Shown piece by piece: positions 57,884 through 64,000 of a stretch of DNA of 64,000 nt. The DNA comes from Acidimicrobiia bacterium (GTDB lineage: Bacteria > Actinomycetota > Acidimicrobiia > Spongiisociales > ZC4RG35). The notes under the pieces are model-generated. The model was not told the origin of the DNA. It worked only from the letters and a program-made list of their open reading frames with translations, and ran no database searches. Where the stretch lies: positions 1,024,001 through 1,088,000 of the forward strand of contig OZ244034.1 in the NCBI GenBank assembly GCA_965215185.1. The letters run 5' to 3'. The translations under genes were made by a program, and so were the position numbers. Within the stretch, counting starts at the first letter, position 1, and each line of letters begins with the position of its first letter.

Positions 57884-59107
57884 ATGCCCACTATCACCGA
57901 CGGCACACGTCTCAATCGGATAGTGGTGACAATCTGGGGGACCATCGGCACCCTGATTTTGACGGGCTTCGTGGTATGGATGGCGAGGGAGGTACGCATC
58001 ATTTGGCTGCCTCTGGTATTCGCCATCGGTATCGTCGTAATCCTCAACCCGGTGGTAAGTGTGTTGCATCGGCTGCGGTTACCCCGACTGGTCGGGGCAG
58101 CAACCGCCTACCTGCTCTCCCTGGTGGTGCTGGTCGGCCTTGGGTCGGCGTTGAGTGTGACGGTGGTGCAGCAGGCCGAAGAGCTGGCCGACCAGCTACC
58201 GGAGATCTATCAGGCCATCTATAGCCAGGTGAACGCGGTGGCCGACCGGCTGGGACTGGCCATCAGCATGCCCGAAAGCGCCGAGCAGATTAGCGAATGG
58301 CTGCGTAGCAACCTGGGGGGACTCGCCGACTCCCTGGGCGGCGAAGGAAACGGTGATTTAGGCGGTTTCTTTTGGCGTCTGCTGGGTGGAGTGGCCGAGG
58401 CGGTGGCGGTGATAGTCCTCGCTCCGGTGTTGGCCTTCTATCTTCTCATCGATCTGCCGCGGCTGCGATCACTGCTCTTGAGTCTCACACCCCACCGACA
58501 CAAGGAAGAACTGGTATACCTGATTGGTGCCATCAGCTCCACTGTCAGCCGGTTCGCCCGGGGACAGCTATTGGTGGCGACCATCGTGGCAATCCTGGGG
58601 AGCCTGGTGATGTGGGGCCTGAGTCTGCCCTTCTGGCTGATCGTGGGGGTGCTTTCGGGGGTGCTGAATCTCATTCCCTTCGCCGGTCCGGTAGCCGGCG
58701 CCGCCCTGGCCTTTTTGATGTCGCTTCTAGTGGGAAAACCGTTCACTGGCCTGGTGGCCATCCTTCTGTTCACCGCCATCCAACAGTTCGATAACCATCT
58801 CATCACCCCGCTTGTCCAGAAGTCCCGGGTTAAGCTCTCAGCCTTCACAATTGTGTTGGCCCTGGTGGTGGGCGCCTCGGTGGCAGGTTTTCTGGGGGTG
58901 CTGACCGCGGTTCCCGCTGTCGGCCTGTTCCGTCTGTTGGCTGGCCATTTCTGGCGCACTCGCGTCTTGGGTGAGGATTGGCATCAGGCCCGGGAGTCGA
59001 TCATCACCGACATCCGTCCACCGGCATGGTGGAGTAGAAGAGGCAAGCGGAAACCAGAAGAAAAGAGCGCCGGGCCTCCTTCGGAAGATCCCGACAGCGC
59101 AGCCTAA
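57884..59107 (+). CDS. AI-2E family transporter
   Basis: LNPVV, FYLLID, RGQ, LNLIPFAGP, QQFDNHLITP, GVLTAVP. Confidence 0.9.
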   Translation: MPTITDGTRLNRIVVTIWGTIGTLILTGFVVWMAREVRIIWLPLVFAIGIVVILNPVVSVLHRLRLPRLVGAATAYLLSLVVLVGLGSALSVTVVQQAEELADQLPEIYQAIYSQVNAVADRLGLAISMPESAEQISEWLRSNLGGLADSLGGEGNGDLGGFFWRLLGGVAEAVAVIVLAPVLAFYLLIDLPRLRSLLLSLTPHRHKEELVYLIGAISSTVSRFARGQLLVATIVAILGSLVMWGLSLPFWLIVGVLSGVLNLIPFAGPVAGAALAFLMSLLVGKPFTGLVAILLFTAIQQFDNHLITPLVQKSRVKLSAFTIVLALVVGASVAGFLGVLTAVPAVGLFRLLAGHFWRTRVLGEDWHQARESIITDIRPPAWWSRRGKRKPEEKSAGPPSEDPDSAA

Positions 59108-60291
59108 ATCTGATCCACCGTCCTCTTCACAAAGCGTCGGTTGACCGAAAAGGGAGACTCATCCAGACGGGCGGTCAGCAGATCGGCCAGTATTCGCCCA
59201 GCGGCCGGGGACCCCATGATTCCGTGTCCCGAGTAGCCGGTGTTGACCCACAGTCCCTCCACCGAGGTCTCTCCGATCAGCGGCCTATGGTCGGGAGTCA
59301 TCATGTACTGACCGGAATGAACCATCCACCGCAGTTCCCCTCGCCACCAGGCCTCGGCCCAGAAGGGACTGATTCGAGCAACCGACTCCGCACGGGAAGG
59401 GTCTAACACCCCAAACGCTATGTCGGAGTCGGGGGGGACATCTTCCACCGGTTCAATGCTCGCCCCGCGGGGGGCAGCATCCAACGCGTAGGCTCCCCGA
59501 AGCGCCGGTCGCCAGTGTGCGCCGGTGTCGTCATCAATGGTCATGGGAGCATCAGGCGGCACGCGGTCCAAGTGCGGAACCACCACCTTATGCCGGGGTT
59601 TCACCTCTACGGGCAGTTCCACGCCCAACATCTGGGCCAGTTTCCCCGAAAAGGGGCCCGCGGCGATTACCACCTGATCGGCTAAAAAAGTGCCCCGGTT
59701 GGTATCGATTGTGAAACCACCCGAAGCCACAGCCTGCATCGACACCACCCGGCAGGAGGTGTGGAGGGGAGCCTGTGAGGCTCTCAGCAACCCCAGGGTC
59801 AAAGCCTGCGGATCGACGAATCCGTCACCTGCCCGGTAACGGGCATGCACCACCTCGTAGCTCAGATAGGGGAACCTACGGCGGGCCTCCCGGCCAGTCA
59901 GCGTCTCGATGTCGGTTTGTCCCCAGGAGTGCTGAAGAGCCACCAGTCGGCGTTGCTCCTCGGCTCGTTCAGCCGAGGTGGTGGCCCACAAATACCCGGG
60001 CTGACGGATCGCCAACGGGCCGGAATCCTGCCCGGTGACCTCGGTGAAGTTGAGTATCAGTTCCACCGATTCCCGCACCAACTCGGTCTCCTCCAGGTTG
60101 TCGAATTGCAACCGGAAGGCGCCGGTGGAAGCCGGGGTGGTGAGAGAGGCCGCGGCAGGGCGAGCTTCCAGCACCACGGCAGACATTCCGGCCCGCGCTG
60201 CCCAAAAAGCCGTAGAGGCACCCACAACACCCGCGCCTATCACCACCAGTTCCGCTCCGGAGGGAAGCGGATCGGTCGAGGAGGTTCCCAT
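59104..60291 (-). CDS. FAD-dependent oxidoreductase (DAO / sarcosine oxidase beta-like)
   Basis: GAGVVG, VIAAG, TPDHRPLIG, GYSGHGIMGSPA. Confidence 0.88.
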   Translation of the reverse strand: MGTSSTDPLPSGAELVVIGAGVVGASTAFWAARAGMSAVVLEARPAAASLTTPASTGAFRLQFDNLEETELVRESVELILNFTEVTGQDSGPLAIRQPGYLWATTSAERAEEQRRLVALQHSWGQTDIETLTGREARRRFPYLSYEVVHARYRAGDGFVDPQALTLGLLRASQAPLHTSCRVVSMQAVASGGFTIDTNRGTFLADQVVIAAGPFSGKLAQMLGVELPVEVKPRHKVVVPHLDRVPPDAPMTIDDDTGAHWRPALRGAYALDAAPRGASIEPVEDVPPDSDIAFGVLDPSRAESVARISPFWAEAWWRGELRWMVHSGQYMMTPDHRPLIGETSVEGLWVNTGYSGHGIMGSPAAGRILADLLTARLDESPFSVNRRFVKRTVDQI

Positions 60292-60359
60292 CGTCAGAAA
60301 ACTAGCCGATGAGATGGCAAAGACACAAAGAACCCGCCGCGCAGTTAGCCTTGTCTGGC

Positions 60360-61091
60360 ATGAGTCGCGGAGGAGTCGCCCCCACCGAAGAGTTGGCCGC
60401 GCATGACGCCTATTTGGTGAGCGCAGAGGGGGTGATTCGGGAAGTCGTGGAAGAAGGAGTGGTACTCGACCGAACGCCCTTTTACGTCCGAGGAGGAGGG
60501 CAACCGGGCGATACCGGGGTAATCAGATGGCATGAGGGGGAGACGCAAGTCACCAACACCATCCGCCGAGGGGGAAGGGTAATCCATGTGGTACCCGAAC
60601 CGGGTTTGCTGGAGCCTGGCGTCCCGGTTGAGTCCACCATCGACTGGGAGCGTCGTTACACGATCATGCGCACTCACACCGCCCTCCATGCGCTGTCGGG
60701 AATAGTGTGGCGTGATTACAGAGCGAAGGTGACCGGCGGCGACATGAAAGAGGGGACTGCCCGGATGGACTTTGAGTTGGAGGGGATCTCCCAGGAGTTC
60801 GGGCGCGAAGTCCAAAAACGCCTCAACGCCGAACTGGTCAAGGGATATCCCGCCGAAGTGTTATGGATGGCTCGCGCCGAAGCGTTGCGCGATCCTGATC
60901 TGATCCGCACCAAAGTCAACCTGATTCCCGAATGGGTACAGGACATCCGGGTGATAGACATAGTGGGGCTCGACCGACAGGCTGACGGCGGAACTCATGT
61001 CCGCTCCACCTTGGAGGTAGGGGAGGTGGCAGTCGTCAAAACGGAAAGTAAAGGTCGGGCCAACAAACGCATGCGCATCGCCCTCGTCTAG
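60360..61091 (+). CDS. alaX: AlaX alanyl-tRNA editing protein
   Basis: TPFYVRGGGQPGDTG, MRTHTALH, DGGTHV. Confidence 0.88.
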   Translation: MSRGGVAPTEELAAHDAYLVSAEGVIREVVEEGVVLDRTPFYVRGGGQPGDTGVIRWHEGETQVTNTIRRGGRVIHVVPEPGLLEPGVPVESTIDWERRYTIMRTHTALHALSGIVWRDYRAKVTGGDMKEGTARMDFELEGISQEFGREVQKRLNAELVKGYPAEVLWMARAEALRDPDLIRTKVNLIPEWVQDIRVIDIVGLDRQADGGTHVRSTLEVGEVAVVKTESKGRANKRMRIALV

Positions 61092-61661
61092 ATGTTTGAT
61101 CTGATCGTATTGGCGGCCGGGGGCCTGTTGGCCCTGCGGGGCTGGCGGCGTGGACTGCTTCGCCAATTGGCCACGCTGCTCCCTTTTGCTCTCGGCTTGC
61201 TGATTGTGGTAAGGCTGACTCCTAGTTGGGCGACGGTGGTCGAGGAATGGCTGGGCATTCCCTACGGAGCCGCTCTGTTTCTGGTAGGGGTGGCACTGCT
61301 CGCCGCGGTGGGAATCGGGGGATGGATGGTGCTTCATGCCTTGGCGAGGGTGGCCAGATTCCCCGGCTTGAACACCGCCGATCGGGTGGCCGGCGCCATC
61401 CTGGGGGTGGTATGGCTGGTGATAGGGATCATGGCGCTGACATGGTTCGCATCGTTTCTGTCCCTTCCCGACAACGTGACGTCGATGCTGTCAGAATCGA
61501 GCGCAGTGGAACGCATTGCGGAACCCGACAGCCTGCCGCGCCGGGTTCTCGATGCCCTCACCAAGAACAGTTGGGGGCAGATGTTGCTCAAGGTGGAAGA
61601 TTTGTCCGGATCAGTCGACGACCTTCTCAAGGACCTGTTGGGGGAACAAACGCCCACCTGA
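61092..61661 (+). CDS. CvpA family membrane protein
   Basis: RGWRRGLLRQL, ADRVAGAILG, four TMs. Confidence 0.8.
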   Translation: MFDLIVLAAGGLLALRGWRRGLLRQLATLLPFALGLLIVVRLTPSWATVVEEWLGIPYGAALFLVGVALLAAVGIGGWMVLHALARVARFPGLNTADRVAGAILGVVWLVIGIMALTWFASFLSLPDNVTSMLSESSAVERIAEPDSLPRRVLDALTKNSWGQMLLKVEDLSGSVDDLLKDLLGEQTPT

Positions 61662-61662
61662 T

Positions 61663-62352
61663 ATGAGCGAACTTGCCAGGAACATGGAGGAAGCGATCGT
61701 GGAGGTCTTTTCATCCCATCGTGATCCCTGCCGAGCGGAGGGGATGAGCGCCTACATGAAACACCGCTTTCCCTTCTTGGGTATCTCCTCTCCCGAACGC
61801 CGTCGCCTGGCCCAGATCGCCCTTGCCGGCATGCCGCGACCCCAGGAGCGCGACTTGGCAGAATTCGCCCATTCCTGCTGGCGGCGCCCCGAACGAGAAT
61901 ATCAATATGCGGCGATCGACCAATTGCGCAAGGCAACCAAACGCCTACCCGAGGATTTTTTGACCGAACTGCGCTGGATGATTGTCACCAAACCCTGGTG
62001 GGATTCCTGCGATCCTCTCTCCAGCACGGTAGTGGGGGGGATAGTGAAACGTTTCCCCGCCTCGGCCGCGATGATGGAGGAATGGATTCGTGACGAGGAC
62101 CTTTGGCTTCGCCGGGCTGCGCTGTTGCATCAACTCAAATGGAGGGAAACCTGCGATCAGGACAGATTGTTCCGATTCTGCTTGTCGGCCATGGAAGAAA
62201 AGGATTTTTTCATTCGCAAGGCAATCGGATGGGCGCTCCGCCAACACGCACGCGTCGCACCCGAGCCAGTAATCCGGTTTCTGACCACTAACCGCTCCCG
62301 GATGTCGGGGCTCTCCTTTCGGGAAGCCGCCAAGCATCTGGACCTATCCTGA
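61663..62352 (+). CDS. DNA alkylation repair protein (AlkD-like)
   Basis: AYMKHRFPFLGI, REYQY, WWDSCD, LWLRR, FFIRKAIGWALR. Confidence 0.9.
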   Translation: MSELARNMEEAIVEVFSSHRDPCRAEGMSAYMKHRFPFLGISSPERRRLAQIALAGMPRPQERDLAEFAHSCWRRPEREYQYAAIDQLRKATKRLPEDFLTELRWMIVTKPWWDSCDPLSSTVVGGIVKRFPASAAMMEEWIRDEDLWLRRAALLHQLKWRETCDQDRLFRFCLSAMEEKDFFIRKAIGWALRQHARVAPEPVIRFLTTNRSRMSGLSFREAAKHLDLS

Positions 62353-62353
62353 C

Positions 62354-62950
62354 ATGTCTTCAGTGGGACCAGGGAGCGCCGACTGGGACGACATCTATCT
62401 TGGCGACGGCAGTGACACCGAACCTTTCGACGACCAGTTGCTGGCCGACGCCTTGGAACTGATACCGGGTAGAGCCCTGGACCTGGGATGCGGTGGAGGA
62501 GGAAACGCTATCGGCCTGGCGCAGCGGGGTTGGAACACCACGGGAGTGGACTCGGCGACCAATGCCATCCGGTCCGCTCGGATCAGCGCCGAAGCCGCTC
62601 ATGTCGAGGTGCGGTTTGCCGTGGCGGACATGACCAGCTGGCCACCCGACGGACTCTACGATCTGGTGGTCTGTTCTTACTCCTTGCCTCCCCGAGGCAG
62701 AGACCGGCAAGCTCTGCTGGCTACGGCCGTCCAGGCTCTGGCTCCCGGCGGTGTACTGGTAGTGGGGGAGTGGGAAGCATCCGGTGGCCCTCCCGACCAC
62801 TTCCCCACCCTCTCGGAGTTGACCGACGCCCTTTCGGATCTTGAGATCATCAGGGCCGAGTCGGTGAACTCCGACCCTCATCTGGTCCTCGGTACATCTG
62901 CAGCCGGGTCATGGCCTTCGGTGGTGGTGACGGCCCGCCGACCTGCTTAG
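62354..62950 (+). CDS. class I SAM-dependent methyltransferase
   Basis: GRALDLGCGGGGNA..LA..GW..TGVD. Confidence 0.88.
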   Translation: MSSVGPGSADWDDIYLGDGSDTEPFDDQLLADALELIPGRALDLGCGGGGNAIGLAQRGWNTTGVDSATNAIRSARISAEAAHVEVRFAVADMTSWPPDGLYDLVVCSYSLPPRGRDRQALLATAVQALAPGGVLVVGEWEASGGPPDHFPTLSELTDALSDLEIIRAESVNSDPHLVLGTSAAGSWPSVVVTARRPA

Positions 62951-63546
62951 GGACGGGGAATGCTGCGAGGACCACGGCTGGCCCACCAAGCGGCCACCAC
63001 CGCACCCAGCAAATTGGCGATCAAATCCTGCATGTTGTTGGCATAGTCGCCCACTCTGGCTTCCGAGACAGCCAAGGTGGCCAGATACTCACCAATCTCA
63101 ATCAGGGCCCCCACCGCATTGGCGCCCAGGAAAGCCACCAACGCCGCCTTCTTGCCGCTGCTGGCTTTGAGCATCCAAGCAGTCGCCTCCCAAACGGCCA
63201 GCCCTGCAGTGCCCAGTCCCAAGAAATGCACTACGTGGTCATATCCGATTCCCCGCCAGGATTGCTCGTAGAGCAACAGGTCGTCGATTACCACGTTGCC
63301 TCCCACCAGGTGACCGAAGCCGGAGACCGACAGCAACACCAGCACGTGGGTGGAGAGACGGACCCGACCATCCACATACATCACTATGGCCCCAACAGAG
63401 AGCATCCACACCAGATAGGGAAAGGCCAGCTTGGAACCTGTGCTCAGACCGTAGACCGTCCATGCCGCCACATAGATGCCCGATACCACAACAATCCACG
63501 GATGCCGACCCACACTGGTGCCGATCCGCGTTCTGCTTGGATTCAT
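62947..63546 (-). CDS. integral membrane protein (DUF2238-like)
   Basis: H..GG, YDHVVH, EIGEY, DLIAN..G motifs in TM segments. Confidence 0.6.
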   Translation of the reverse strand: MNPSRTRIGTSVGRHPWIVVVSGIYVAAWTVYGLSTGSKLAFPYLVWMLSVGAIVMYVDGRVRLSTHVLVLLSVSGFGHLVGGNVVIDDLLLYEQSWRGIGYDHVVHFLGLGTAGLAVWEATAWMLKASSGKKAALVAFLGANAVGALIEIGEYLATLAVSEARVGDYANNMQDLIANLLGAVVAAWWASRGPRSIPRP

Positions 63547-63550
63547 CAAG

Positions 63551-63623
<73 letters not shown>

Positions 63624-63789
63624 GGTGGTGGCGGGAAACTCGGCGCGAAACTGGATGGGTTTAGGGTTTATGGTAGTTGGGGTGGGGAGTGGGGGGTTGG
63701 TTGTTGTGCGGGTGAGGTTTGAAGTGGTGGGGGTGCTGGTTTTGGGTGTGTGGGCCGTGGTGGTCTAGGGCGGGGTGTTTTTTGGGGTG

Positions 63790-64000
63790 TTAGGCGGCTT
63801 TTTCGAGGGGTCCGGCTCGGGCGTTGGGGAAGTGGTTGCCGTGCCAGCGGGTCATGTCTTTGCCGGTGCGTGCGTGGTGGGCGACTAGGGCAGTGTTGGT
63901 CTGGTACAGGCTGTAGGCGATCCAGTTGAGTTTCAGGCTGTTTTTGTCTTGGGTGCGGAGCCGGTCGTAGTCCAGTTGTCTTTTGTAGGTCGCGAAGTGC
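63790..64000 (-). mobile_element. probable transposase C-terminus (runs off window end)
   Basis: HFATYKRQLDYDRLRTQ... resembles the post-catalytic F...K.....R.R segment of DDE transposases; strong C/A skew like the IS relic at 1962-2195. Confidence 0.45.

Overview
GC-rich bacterial window that looks actinobacterial (probably Acidimicrobiia; inferred from the clpC...disA-carD-ispF-cysS-rlmB order, Thr-rich lipoproteins and many leaderless genes). The first ~38 kb looks accessory. It holds (i) a GntR-linked amino-sugar catabolic block (sugar ABC, divergent AnmK, PIG-L deacetylase, two-subunit hydantoinase/oxoprolinase, SIS protein, NagA) bordered by IS481-type scars, (ii) a peptide/metal ABC operon with a threonine-synthase-like enzyme, (iii) two His-rich CDF metal exporters and an unannotated 36-aa His/Cys/acidic repeat peptide (30538-30648), and (iv) a binding protein + sensor kinase + partner-switching signalling cluster. 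The rest is mostly housekeeping. It includes a deletion or assembly junction near 43990 that truncates a nucleoside ABC ATPase back-to-back with a queuosine-salvage-like gene, a UGA-recoded (selenocysteine, UxxC) peroxiredoxin-like gene that the ORF track splits, tRNA-Thr(TGT), tRNA-Arg(CCT) and a partial transposase. No CRISPR array or rRNA seen. All assignments come from motif recognition by eye; no database searches were run.
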